Assembly: GCA_965217585.1 (NCBI GenBank) | Contig: OZ244561.1 | Coordinates: 896,001-960,000 of the forward strand | Reading direction: 5' to 3' | Origin: Candidatus Latescibacterota bacterium | GTDB lineage: Bacteria > Latescibacterota > UBA2968 > UBA8231 | DNA length: 64,000 bases | Part shown: positions 9,586 through 19,038 of the stretch, one piece after another | Layout: every line of letters starts with the position of its first letter | How positions within the stretch are numbered: the stretch's first letter is position 1 | Made by a program: the position numbers and the translations under genes | Notes under the pieces: model-generated | Seen by the model: the letters and a program-made list of their open reading frames with translations, nothing else | Told to the model about the DNA's origin: nothing | The model's database searches: none

Positions 9586-10845
9586 ATGTCCCAGCAACCA
9601 GCACTAGCTCACAAGCCCACCAAGCGCGGGGCCGCCGCCCACAGCAGCGCAGGCATCGTGCCTCCTCTCTTTCCCCGCACCATAGGGCCCAATAGTCTAA
9701 AGTACGTCCAGGAGGTATTGGATTCGGGGCTAAGCTGCGATTCAGTGGGCAAGTTCGAGCAGGCGTTCGCCGCGGAACTGGGCGTCAAGCACTGCATCGC
9801 CACCCCCACCTGCACCACGGCCATGGCCGCCCTAGCGCTGGCCTTTGACTTCGATCCCGGCGACGAGGTCATCATCAGCCCGCTCACCGATTACGGCACC
9901 GTCTACGGCGTGCTCATGCACAATTATATTCCCGTTTTTCCCGATACGGCGCCGGGCACGGTCAATTTCAGTGCCGCGACCATAGAGCCCTGCATCACCG
10001 ATCGCACGCGGGCAATTCTGGCGGTGCACAAATGTGGCCTGCCCAACGATATGGATCCGATCAACGAATTGGCCGCCAAACGCGGACTGATCGTCTACGA
10101 GGACATTTGTCAGGCCATATTCAGCGAATACAAGGGGCGCATCGTCGGCACCCTGGGGACGGCCTCGGCCTTCTCTCTGGATTCGGAGAAAACCTTCAGC
10201 TCGGATAAAGGAGGTTGCATCGCTACTGACGATGACGAACTAGCGGAAAAAGTGCGCTTCCTCAGTTCGGGCCGCGCCGGGGTGGATGTGCCCCACTTCG
10301 GCCGCACCCACACGGCCTTTGGTCATGCCTACGATATGAGCCGCATGACCGCGGCGCTGTGCCTGGGTCAACTGGAGACCATCCGCGCTCAGGTAGCCAA
10401 GATCGACCGCACCGTGCGTCTGGTCACGGAGAAGCTCTCCTCTATTGCCGGCATTACGCCATTGCCCATTCCCGACTACGTCACCAAATATTCCGCCTGG
10501 ATGTCCAGCTTCAGCATCGACCCAGAGGCCTTCCAATGCACGGGCGAGGAGTTTGCCGCCCAGGTACTAGAAGCCGGAGTAAATGGAGCGGGCCAGGGCA
10601 AGTATTACCTGATGCCCGCCGCCCTCCCCTTTCTCCAGCAATACGTGGACGCCAACAAGTACCCGTTTTCGCGGCCGCCGGCCTCGCGTGTGTACCACTA
10701 CAGTTCCGCTACTTGCCCCACGGCCTGGGCTTTTCTCGAAAACTGGGTCCGCACCTGCTCGATTTCCGAAAAATGGGAAGATGAACACATAGAGATGATC
10801 GCGGCCATCGTCGCAGAAGTGGCGGACCGCAATCGGGTGGGATAG
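9586..10845 (+). CDS. DegT/DnrJ/EryC1/StrS-family PLP-dependent aminotransferase
   Basis: FEQAFA..GVKHCIA, PGDEVI, TRAILAVH, EDICQA, PLP lysine in FSLDSEK..SDKGG. Confidence 0.92.
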   Translation: MSQQPALAHKPTKRGAAAHSSAGIVPPLFPRTIGPNSLKYVQEVLDSGLSCDSVGKFEQAFAAELGVKHCIATPTCTTAMAALALAFDFDPGDEVIISPLTDYGTVYGVLMHNYIPVFPDTAPGTVNFSAATIEPCITDRTRAILAVHKCGLPNDMDPINELAAKRGLIVYEDICQAIFSEYKGRIVGTLGTASAFSLDSEKTFSSDKGGCIATDDDELAEKVRFLSSGRAGVDVPHFGRTHTAFGHAYDMSRMTAALCLGQLETIRAQVAKIDRTVRLVTEKLSSIAGITPLPIPDYVTKYSAWMSSFSIDPEAFQCTGEEFAAQVLEAGVNGAGQGKYYLMPAALPFLQQYVDANKYPFSRPPASRVYHYSSATCPTAWAFLENWVRTCSISEKWEDEHIEMIAAIVAEVADRNRVG

Positions 10846-10850
10846 GTCCG

Positions 10851-11657
10851 ATGAGTAAGACGCTTAAACTCAAGACTCGCCATTACCGCGCCCGGCCCAT
10901 AGACAAAGCCGGCTACGCAGAGGACGTCTTCGAGCTGCCAGTGGAACGCACGGCGCTCATTGGTTTGCACTGCTGGAATGTGGGGCTGCCGGATGGCCCT
11001 GAGATCGACGTCAACTACGTCACGGGCATGGGCTGGCCTCAGGCCACCGAAGAATCCTGGCGCGTTATGCAAGAAGTGATCCGGCCGGCCATGGATATCG
11101 CCCGGCGGCTCGGTATGCCGGTGTGCCACGTCGAGCCCGAGGATTTTGACAAGCACTACCCCGAGGTGCCTTCTCGCCGCACCCCGGAAAACCAGCGCTG
11201 CGCGGCCTCTCTGCGGCACCCGTCGGACCGCTGGGCCATCGCCCGCACCGGCGAATTCCAAACCATCGAAAAAAGATCGACCGGCGTCGATCTGGCCAAA
11301 TCGCCCGCTGCGCGCATGAAAAGGGCCAAAATCGTCGCGCCGATGGGGGACGAACCCCTCGTCTTTTACACCGACCAGCTCGACGCATACCTGCAAGAGC
11401 GCGGCGTCGAAACCCTCATCTATACGGGCTTTGCCGCGGATATGTGCATTCTCAACTCAGAGGGGGGGGGCCGCCCCATGCTGCGGGCGGGCTACCGCTG
11501 TATTCTCATGCGGGACGGCACGGTGGGCGTGGAAACGCCCGATACCTTTCCCGAGCGTCTGGCCACGCGTTATGGCATTCACCGCTTTGAAATAGCCGTA
11601 GGTTATTCCACCACCTGGGCGGATTTCCAGACCGCCGTTGCAACGCTAGATAAATAA
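10851..11657 (+). CDS. Isochorismatase-like (cysteine hydrolase) family protein
   Basis: RTALIGLHCWN, ARRLGMPVCH, LQERGVETLIYTGFAADMC, GYRCILMRDGT. Confidence 0.82.
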   Translation: MSKTLKLKTRHYRARPIDKAGYAEDVFELPVERTALIGLHCWNVGLPDGPEIDVNYVTGMGWPQATEESWRVMQEVIRPAMDIARRLGMPVCHVEPEDFDKHYPEVPSRRTPENQRCAASLRHPSDRWAIARTGEFQTIEKRSTGVDLAKSPAARMKRAKIVAPMGDEPLVFYTDQLDAYLQERGVETLIYTGFAADMCILNSEGGGRPMLRAGYRCILMRDGTVGVETPDTFPERLATRYGIHRFEIAVGYSTTWADFQTAVATLDK

Positions 11658-11672
11658 AAAGACAACGGAACT

Positions 11673-12668
11673 ATGGCCCTGCGCATCTGCGACTGGAAAT
11701 ACGGCAAGAACTGGGTTTATTCGATTACCTACGACGAGGCGCTGGCCGATCTACACCGCTTTGCCATTCCCCATCACGAGGAATTCGGCATTCCCGGACA
11801 CGTAGAGGCCGTGGCCCAGCAGATCGGCGAAATCCGCAATATCGGCACTTCCAGCTTCAACGGCTACCGGCACATGAATGGCGATGAGCTCAAGGATTTG
11901 CTCGCCCGCGGCTGGGGCGTGGGCAGCCACGGCTGGAGTCACCACTTTATCAGGCCCGATATGGTCGACCAAGAAATCCGCCTGTCTCGCGATGTTATAG
12001 AACAGGCTATCGGCGCTCCTGTGCTGCTGTACTGCGCCCCCAACGGCATTGAAAATATGTCCGGCTATGTGCTGGACGCCTGTCGCCAACTCGGTTACTT
12101 GGGCGCCATGAGCATAACGGATGGGGTGAACGCGGCGAGCGATGAATTGTACTACCTCAATCGCACGCCGTTGCACGAAAGCTATGAGGAGCCTTTTTAC
12201 AGCGCTTACGACCCGTTCCGCCATATTCTGCTGGCCCAGGAGGCCAAGGGTTGGATTATCGACTACTGCCACTGCCCGTTGGAACAGGCCGTTCACCCCA
12301 ACAAAGACTGCTCGCAAGCGCAATTGCGCCTGCGTTTGCAGACGATCATCGCAGAGGGCGGTGACCAGGTCTGGTGCGCCGTGCCCGAAGAGGTCATTTC
12401 CTATCACTTGTGCCGACGGCACGCCGTGGTCGAAACCGTGGCCGCAACGGCTCGCGAACAACGATACCGGATCCGCTATGAGGCGTTGCCTGCCCGGGTT
12501 GAGCGCCGGGAGTTGACCTTTGAAGTGGAGGTGCCGACGGCCTGGTGCAATTCTCCCCGAGTGTGGGTAAACGGGGTGCCCCGGTCGGCCTCTGTGGTGC
12601 GCCCTCGCCTGCTGCGGACGACGGTGGAGGCGGAGGATGGGACGGAGTTGCAGTTTCGTCCTTCGTAG
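11673..12668 (+). CDS. Polysaccharide deacetylase (NodB/CE4-like), copy 1
   Basis: SITYDEA motif 1 variant, GSHGWSH metal-binding motif; its TAG stop lies inside the adjacent REP. Confidence 0.82.
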   Translation: MALRICDWKYGKNWVYSITYDEALADLHRFAIPHHEEFGIPGHVEAVAQQIGEIRNIGTSSFNGYRHMNGDELKDLLARGWGVGSHGWSHHFIRPDMVDQEIRLSRDVIEQAIGAPVLLYCAPNGIENMSGYVLDACRQLGYLGAMSITDGVNAASDELYYLNRTPLHESYEEPFYSAYDPFRHILLAQEAKGWIIDYCHCPLEQAVHPNKDCSQAQLRLRLQTIIAEGGDQVWCAVPEEVISYHLCRRHAVVETVAATAREQRYRIRYEALPARVERRELTFEVEVPTAWCNSPRVWVNGVPRSASVVRPRLLRTTVEAEDGTELQFRPS

Positions 12669-12692
12669 GGGCGACCGGCCGGTCGCCCCTAC
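12665..12692. repeat. GTAG-type REP, perfect 28-bp palindrome
   Basis: GTAGGGGCGACCGGCCGGTCGCCCCTAC equals its own reverse complement; near-identical copy at 28163-28190. Confidence 0.9.
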
Positions 12693-12725
12693 TGGCTAAA
12701 AACCATTCGCTGTGAAGGATAGATT

Positions 12726-13721
12726 ATGTCGCTGCGCATTTGCGATTGGAAATACGGCAAACGCTGGGTCTACTCCATTACCTACGACGAGGCCCTGATC
12801 GATTTGCACCGTTTTGCTGTGCCCTATCACGAAGAATGCGGTATTCCCGGGCACTTGGAAGTAGTCGTCGGGCAAATGGGGGAAGTGCGCCGGGTCGCCG
12901 GGTCGAGCTTCAATGGCTACCGGCATATGAATGCCGATGAGCTCAAAGACCTGATGGCTCGCGGCTGGGGCGTCGGCAATCACTCGTGGACTCACGTCTT
13001 TATCAAACCCGAGATGGTCGATCAGGAGCTGCGCGTGGCCAGGGAGGTTTTAGAGCAAGCCATTGACGCGCCGGTGCCGCTGTATTGTGCCCCCGGCAGC
13101 AACCGCAATATGGCCCCACACATTCTCGAGGCCTGCCGCCAACTCGGCTATTTGGGCGCGATGAGCATCAGGGAGGGAATAAATCGACCCGCAGACGAGT
13201 GCTATTGGCTCGACCGCAGTCCTCTGATCCATGAATACCCCCCTCCTTTCTTCAGCAAACACGATCCCTTCCGCAATATTCTCCCCGCCCGCCAGTCCCG
13301 CGGTTGGGTCATCGACTACTGCCACTGCCCGCTCGAAGAGCCCATCCACATCAATAAGGATTGCTCCGCAGCCCAGCTACGCAAGCGCTTGGAGACGGTG
13401 CTTGCAGAGGGCGGCGACGAAGTCTGGTGCGCCGTGCCCGAAGAAGTCGTGTTCTATCATCTGAGCCGGCGTCATGCCGCCATTGACGTTGTTGGCGACA
13501 GTGTCGATGAGCAGCGGTATCAAATTTCTTTCACCGATCTGCCCGCCGGCGTGGCTTGCAAGGAGCTGACCTTTGAAGCGGAAGTGCCGGCGGCCTGGTG
13601 CAACTTTCCCCGTATATGGGTCGACGGCGTAGCGCAGACAGCGGAGTTAGTGCGGCCCCGGGTGCTGCGAGCCACTGTCGATGTAGGGGATGGGGTCGAA
13701 GTGGGGTTTCGCGCCGGATAA
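12726..13721 (+). CDS. Polysaccharide deacetylase (NodB/CE4-like), copy 2 (tandem paralog)
   Basis: Same length (331 aa) and collinear with copy 1; SITYDEA, GNHSWTH, WVIDYCHCP. Confidence 0.82.
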   Translation: MSLRICDWKYGKRWVYSITYDEALIDLHRFAVPYHEECGIPGHLEVVVGQMGEVRRVAGSSFNGYRHMNADELKDLMARGWGVGNHSWTHVFIKPEMVDQELRVAREVLEQAIDAPVPLYCAPGSNRNMAPHILEACRQLGYLGAMSIREGINRPADECYWLDRSPLIHEYPPPFFSKHDPFRNILPARQSRGWVIDYCHCPLEEPIHINKDCSAAQLRKRLETVLAEGGDEVWCAVPEEVVFYHLSRRHAAIDVVGDSVDEQRYQISFTDLPAGVACKELTFEAEVPAAWCNFPRIWVDGVAQTAELVRPRVLRATVDVGDGVEVGFRAG

Positions 13722-13724
13722 CGC

Positions 13725-14513
13725 TCAAAACAGAGATTTGGCGAAGGTTAGGTCTTCGGCGAGGAGTCGCTCTGTGGAGGCTGCATCGTGGTATTCGGCA
13801 TCCATGCAGACGACACCGCTGAAGCCCCTTCGTTTCAGTTCCGCCACCGACCGCGGCCACGAAGCCAGGCCCTGCCGTCCCGTGGTCCAATAAGGACGCC
13901 ATTCCACGTTTTCCGCTTCCGCTCCGGTCTGCCGCCGCCAGTACGCATTCTTGAGCTTGAATTGGGACAGATGCGACCAGACGATATCGATCGCCATCTC
14001 GGGGGATTCTCCGTTGAGAGCAGTGTGCCCGGCACAGGGTATGGCGCAGATATGGCTGGGATCGTAGCGGTCGATTAGGTGTTTAATGCCCATGGCATTG
14101 CACACCCATTGGCCTTCGTGATTTTGGATGCCCAAAGCGACCCCGTGTTTGTCGAGCAAGGGAATCAGGGCGTCAAAGGCTCGCTGGTGCCCTTCTACGC
14201 TGGCCAAATACCCCCCGGTAGCGATGGCTGGACAGGTGCGAATGACCGGAACTCCGGCCGCGCCGCAAGCCGCAATGGTTGCTTCGTCCGTCGGTCCGGC
14301 CACACTGGTAATGGCGACACCCAAAGCGCCGAGTTCCTTTGCCGCTTTGGGCAAGTCGCGTCCAACACTTTCGGGGGGCACTGGATAATCCGCACGCACG
14401 GGCAGTTCAATGCCGTCGAAGCCCAGATCGAGGACAAACTCTCCGAGTTCGGTTGGAGATTTGTCCTTCCACATTTTGGTGAAAACGGAAAAGGAAACGC
14501 CTTTTTTTTGCAT
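13725..14513 (-). CDS. Sugar phosphate isomerase/epimerase (xylose isomerase-like TIM barrel)
   Basis: FSVFTK.W, GFDGIELPVR, GIQNH, AGH, KNAYW, AEY. Confidence 0.85.
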   Translation of the reverse strand: MQKKGVSFSVFTKMWKDKSPTELGEFVLDLGFDGIELPVRADYPVPPESVGRDLPKAAKELGALGVAITSVAGPTDEATIAACGAAGVPVIRTCPAIATGGYLASVEGHQRAFDALIPLLDKHGVALGIQNHEGQWVCNAMGIKHLIDRYDPSHICAIPCAGHTALNGESPEMAIDIVWSHLSQFKLKNAYWRRQTGAEAENVEWRPYWTTGRQGLASWPRSVAELKRRGFSGVVCMDAEYHDAASTERLLAEDLTFAKSLF

Positions 14514-14516
14514 TTT

Positions 14517-16907
14517 TTATTTTAACTTTTTGTTGTGGAGCAATATGGGATTGTCCCCACAAGTGTCAATGGACTTTTTTTGCGGCCACTTGAGATGCCG
14601 TTCGAGGAAGCGGAAGGTTCCCTGGCCGTTGATGGTGTGTCCGCCGTCGAAGAATTCGATCTCCGTTCGGTCCCCTAGCCCCAACAAGACATAGTGCCTT
14701 CGCGTCCGGGCGTATTCGTAGGCCACCCACTCGTCTGGTGCCACTAAATCCCGATGGCCGCGTTCCACCATAAAGGGCCGGGGACAGATCAGCCAGCTCA
14801 TTTCCCCATAGTTGAAGGTATTCGCCAAGTCGAACTGGGGCATTTCGTGCTCTTCGCTGAACATGTAGGAATAAGGTTCCAGCGAGGCGGCCTTCCAAGC
14901 CCACTCATTGTAGTTGGCCGAGCAGATGGACAGGCAGTACTGCTCCAACAGCGCCGGCACCCGCATGGCGGTCATGCCGCCGTAACTTAGACCGTAGAAG
15001 GCCATGCGCTGGGGATCGACGAATGCCAGCGCAGCCAGCCACGCTAGCGCGCGCTCGTGTTGGCGCACGATAAATGAGAAAAGGGACCTTTTCAGCGGAT
15101 TGGCCATCCGCTCCAAGACGCGGAAAGCATTTTCGCCGACATAGGGATTCTGGGGGGCATAGGTGACGAAGCCGCGTTCGGTAAGTCGGCAGGCATACTG
15201 ATTGTAACAAGGATCATTCACCTCGGGATCGGCCACATCCCGTGGCCGTCCTTCTAAGCCGTGCTGGCAGACTACGAGCGGGCGTTCTTCCCCTTCTTTT
15301 ATGCTTTTGGGTACCAACAGAATGCCAGAGGCGAAAACATCCCGATACACATCCAATACCACCTCGTAACCCCGGTATTGTGCTTCGTCGTATATCTGGC
15401 GGGTGCGCGGTTTGAGCGCCATGCGCGGCTTGGGCAGACGGCCGATGATTTCATCCCAAAAATAACGGCGGTACCATCTGGCGGCCCGCTGCCAAGTCGC
15501 GGCATTGGCGGCCTGATCGCCGGGGCAAATCCGGGGCAGGTAGTCGTCTTGCCGCATTACTTTTTTTCCCGCGTCCAGACGGCGACTAGGATTGCGGACC
15601 CAGAACTCTTTGCGCCGGAACTGGGCGGCGGCGAGCAGGGCTTGGGTATGGTCCAGCAACTGGGCAAATTGGCGCTCTAGGCGGGCCTGCGGGTCGGGGG
15701 AGTGAAGCTGTGCCCTAGGTATGGGACCAACCCGGACCAGCCGGGATTTTATCCCCAGCCCCCGCAAAAATTCCTCTAAAACGGCCTGGCTGCCCGGCGG
15801 ACCTTTAGGATTTTTGACTATGGTGTGCTGGGGGGCGGGGCGCAGGGGCGTTAGCAGTCGGCGAGCCCGTGCAAATTCTTCCTCGACTTCCCCTACGGGC
15901 GGAGTGCGCAGAACGCCCGGGGTACCCCCCTGAGGTGGGGTCGAGCCGGGGGGCGGACCGTCGACCTCGGGATGCTGACAGGCCTCTATACAGAGGGCCC
16001 GGGGTGCCACCAGAGTGGCCAGTTCCGCATCGCCGAATTCGTCCAATAGGCCAAAAACATTGCGGTATATGGGCTCGCGCCAGAGCGTCTCGCGTTTTTG
16101 GAAGTAACCACACACGGCCGTCGCATCAATTCGGGTATCGGCAGCGGCCCCGTACAATGCCAGCAGTGCGCCCTCTCCATAGCCGATGACGCCGATGGGG
16201 CGTTTTGTTCCTTGCTGGAACCAATCGACGGCGGCCAGGATTTTCTGCACCTCGTAGCCGATGATATGCCGGCCCAGCTCGAAGGCCGCCCGATAGATAA
16301 ATTCGCGGTGTGGCTGGTTGGTCATGGCCAACCAAGCTGCACCCGAATAGGTGGCGCGGCGGTCGATCAGCAACGGCACCAGCACGCGGCAGCCGCTTTC
16401 GGCCAAGCGCCGGGCAAACTGGGCGATCGCGGGCACCCCCGATTCCAGACCCACAAGCATTTCCGGAGTCCAGTCGCAGTCGGGCAGGGCCACCACATCT
16501 GCCCGGGGGCGCATATCCGGCTGGAGCAGCAGGCCCTCTGCCTCGACGCCTTTGATTACTGTCCAGCGCACCGCAAAAATCTGGTACCCGCGACCTTGGG
16601 CCAGTTGAGCTTGCGGAGCGTTTCTCCCGGACACATCCGTCGCAACCTGGAGCTGGACCGCCGGGCGTTGATCTGCAAGACCAATGATCTTCGAGAAGCG
16701 CTGGCGATTTTTTTCGATGGATTGGACGTAGTTTGCATGCGAGGAAAAATCGCGTTTCCAGTGCCGTGCCCGGCGGTCGATAGAGGCCTTTAGCTGGCGC
16801 TGGAGAAAGCGGTTGATTCCCTCTACCATCTGGTCGGCGAGATCTCCTTCCATTTCGAGGAGGGTCGTGCCAGCCAAGGGTTTGCCTGTAGGAGCAACTT
16901 TATTCAT
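14517..16907 (-). CDS. Tandem alpha/beta-hydrolase (dienelactone hydrolase-like) protein
   Basis: N-domain elbow GYGEG (no Ser); C-domain VCQHGLEG, YGLSYGG, MVERGHRD, FDGGH. Confidence 0.85.
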   Translation of the reverse strand: MNKVAPTGKPLAGTTLLEMEGDLADQMVEGINRFLQRQLKASIDRRARHWKRDFSSHANYVQSIEKNRQRFSKIIGLADQRPAVQLQVATDVSGRNAPQAQLAQGRGYQIFAVRWTVIKGVEAEGLLLQPDMRPRADVVALPDCDWTPEMLVGLESGVPAIAQFARRLAESGCRVLVPLLIDRRATYSGAAWLAMTNQPHREFIYRAAFELGRHIIGYEVQKILAAVDWFQQGTKRPIGVIGYGEGALLALYGAAADTRIDATAVCGYFQKRETLWREPIYRNVFGLLDEFGDAELATLVAPRALCIEACQHPEVDGPPPGSTPPQGGTPGVLRTPPVGEVEEEFARARRLLTPLRPAPQHTIVKNPKGPPGSQAVLEEFLRGLGIKSRLVRVGPIPRAQLHSPDPQARLERQFAQLLDHTQALLAAAQFRRKEFWVRNPSRRLDAGKKVMRQDDYLPRICPGDQAANAATWQRAARWYRRYFWDEIIGRLPKPRMALKPRTRQIYDEAQYRGYEVVLDVYRDVFASGILLVPKSIKEGEERPLVVCQHGLEGRPRDVADPEVNDPCYNQYACRLTERGFVTYAPQNPYVGENAFRVLERMANPLKRSLFSFIVRQHERALAWLAALAFVDPQRMAFYGLSYGGMTAMRVPALLEQYCLSICSANYNEWAWKAASLEPYSYMFSEEHEMPQFDLANTFNYGEMSWLICPRPFMVERGHRDLVAPDEWVAYEYARTRRHYVLLGLGDRTEIEFFDGGHTINGQGTFRFLERHLKWPQKKSIDTCGDNPILLHNKKLK
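14542..14569 (-). promoter_or_regulatory. Putative promoter for the isomerase gene, inside the 3' tail of the hydrolase and overlapped by an inverted repeat
   Basis: Minus strand TTGACA, 16 bp, CATATT; imperfect inverted repeat TTGTGGAGCAAT (14533-14544) / ATTGTCCCCACAA (14550-14562). Confidence 0.45.
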
Positions 16908-17042
16908 GGGGTTCCCTCCAGAAGCCGTCTTGTCGAAGTTTGCTAAATCCCATTCTGACTGGTTGTTGCTCGGAATTACGGATACATTTTCATCCGAAAA
17001 AAGAATCGCTGGAATCCATCTCTACGGAAAGGGGTAACACCC

Positions 17043-17984
17043 ATGGAGAGAGCAGATTGCGAGTTTTTCAAAAACAACGGCTATCTGGTCCTCGGCAATG
17101 TCCTAAACGATGAGGAAGTGACCCGATGTCTCCAATTTTTCGACCACAACCGGAGCGAACACGCCTATCTGTGGCGCTACCTCGGACACGACACGCACCA
17201 GACCGGCAACACAGATTGCCTACAAAGCTGGTTCGAGGTGGATGAGATCGTCCGGCACCCCAAGATCCTGCCCATTGTGCGCGAGTTGATGGGAGGACCG
17301 CTCTGCCTGCTCGAAGTCAGCTCCCGTCACATGGACGTGCACCCCGGTGCCGTGAAGATCGCCCAGCAATGGCACCGGGACGTCCGCCATCTGGAGGGGC
17401 ATCCGCTGCGCATGAACTATATCCAAGCGATGGTTTACCTGACCGACGTGAACGAAGAGACCCATTGTTTTACCATTTCACCCGAATCGGTTGAAGACCC
17501 TATTCTGGAGAGAGACGCGCAACTGGAAAAGGGCGGCATCGAGTACCTCTACGGTCCGGCCGGAACGGTTATCTTTTTTAACGCCTCGGTGCTACATACG
17601 GCCACCGTGCGAACCACTGACTGCGAACGCAAGACAGTGCAAATATACTACTGCCATCGGGACAAAAGTCTAGGCAGCCTCGACATGGTGATCCCCGCCC
17701 GGCTATGGCGTGACCATCCCGATCCGGCAGCCAGGGAGTTCTACGGCCCTCAGGGCAAAGCGGCACCTCCGACTCAATACCGAGAGCTGACGAGTGGTCA
17801 TATCGACATCAATTTTTTACCCGATTCCCACATCTCCCGGACCCAAGACAGGTGTCCATGGAACGAAGCCGACGGCACGGACGAGCACCAATGCATAAGC
17901 ACAAATCAGGTCATTTGCCAGTACTTCCACGGCATTAGAAGGCCGAATATTGTGCAGTGCAGCTATCCCGAAAAGAAGGCCTGA
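17043..17984 (+). CDS. Phytanoyl-CoA dioxygenase (PhyH)-family Fe(II)/2OG enzyme with a Cys-rich C-terminal extension
   Basis: FFKNNGYLV, WHRD, MVYLTDV, PAGTVIFFNASVLH; tail CPW..C..C.YF.GI..C.YP. Confidence 0.88.
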   Translation: MERADCEFFKNNGYLVLGNVLNDEEVTRCLQFFDHNRSEHAYLWRYLGHDTHQTGNTDCLQSWFEVDEIVRHPKILPIVRELMGGPLCLLEVSSRHMDVHPGAVKIAQQWHRDVRHLEGHPLRMNYIQAMVYLTDVNEETHCFTISPESVEDPILERDAQLEKGGIEYLYGPAGTVIFFNASVLHTATVRTTDCERKTVQIYYCHRDKSLGSLDMVIPARLWRDHPDPAAREFYGPQGKAAPPTQYRELTSGHIDINFLPDSHISRTQDRCPWNEADGTDEHQCISTNQVICQYFHGIRRPNIVQCSYPEKKA

Positions 17985-17985
17985 T

Positions 17986-18969
17986 TTAGGACTCCTCCAC
18001 CGCCTGCAAGGCCGCGTGGATATAGCCGAAGGTATAGGCAAAGCCGACTTTGCCAGGTTCAGGGCCACTGATTCCGGGGACGTGGTCCGGCATAATCATG
18101 TACTCGTAGCCGACCTCCTTATACACCTTTAGCGCCCGAATCATGTTGATGTCGCCTTCGTCGGGAAAGACCTCGACGAAGTTCCCCAAGCCCCCTTTGA
18201 TGTTGCGGAAGTGGACGTTGAAGATCTTCTTGCGCTCGCCGAAGTAGCGAATGACATCGAAGATCTCCGCCGCCGGATTGACCAGCGCCTCGGACATGCA
18301 GCCCTGGCAGAAATTCAGCCCATTGTACGGACTGTCGTAGAGCGCGATCAGCTTTTTAAACCCTTCGACCATTCCCAAGGGGCGCGCCACGCCTCGATAC
18401 GTATTGCCAACGCCAATACCCGGATCGGACGGATGGCAGGCCATCTGGACCTTGTATTCTTCGGCCACGGGTATGATCTCCTGCAGCCAGTGGTCAATGC
18501 GCGCCCACATTTCGTCTTCGTCGGCCGGCCCGTCTTCGAACTCGCCCAGCGACTGGTCCAATTTGTCCAACTCAAAGGTCGATACCCTGGCCCCTCCGCG
18601 CCCCGTCTTCGAGGGCGTCCGCAAGTGGCCCAAGATGGTGATGTTGTAGTTGAGGCCGCGGATGCCAGCCTCGCCCGCCATCCGCACCGTTTCTTTCATC
18701 CAGTCGAACTGGCGGTCGCGCTCGTCGCTCGGTTTGAGAAAAATCGCCCCGGCCTCGTTGTCGTAGGCGCTGCGCGAGCCTAGGGGAATGTGGATCATCT
18801 CCAGGCTGATGCCGTGTTTGGCCCATCGCTCCTTCATCTGCAGCAGCATCTCCGTGCTCCATTCCCGCCACGGCGCGGCAGGCGTCTGATCGACGTTTTT
18901 GATGCCGAGTTGCGACAAGACCTTCATTTCTTCGTCGGTCTGTTCCCCGAATTGCGATCCGATGTACAT
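17986..18969 (-). CDS. Mannonate dehydratase (UxuA)-like protein
   Basis: IIPVAEEYKVQMACHPSDP, SPYNGLNFCQG, VHFRNI, EVFPDEGD, MPDHVP, AYTFGYI. Confidence 0.88.
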   Translation of the reverse strand: MYIGSQFGEQTDEEMKVLSQLGIKNVDQTPAAPWREWSTEMLLQMKERWAKHGISLEMIHIPLGSRSAYDNEAGAIFLKPSDERDRQFDWMKETVRMAGEAGIRGLNYNITILGHLRTPSKTGRGGARVSTFELDKLDQSLGEFEDGPADEDEMWARIDHWLQEIIPVAEEYKVQMACHPSDPGIGVGNTYRGVARPLGMVEGFKKLIALYDSPYNGLNFCQGCMSEALVNPAAEIFDVIRYFGERKKIFNVHFRNIKGGLGNFVEVFPDEGDINMIRALKVYKEVGYEYMIMPDHVPGISGPEPGKVGFAYTFGYIHAALQAVEES

Positions 18970-19038
18970 AATATCCTCCGAGTGGTCGGTTTAGAATGGA
19001 CGATTAACGTAAAGCCGTTGCAGTAGTGCGGCCACAGC

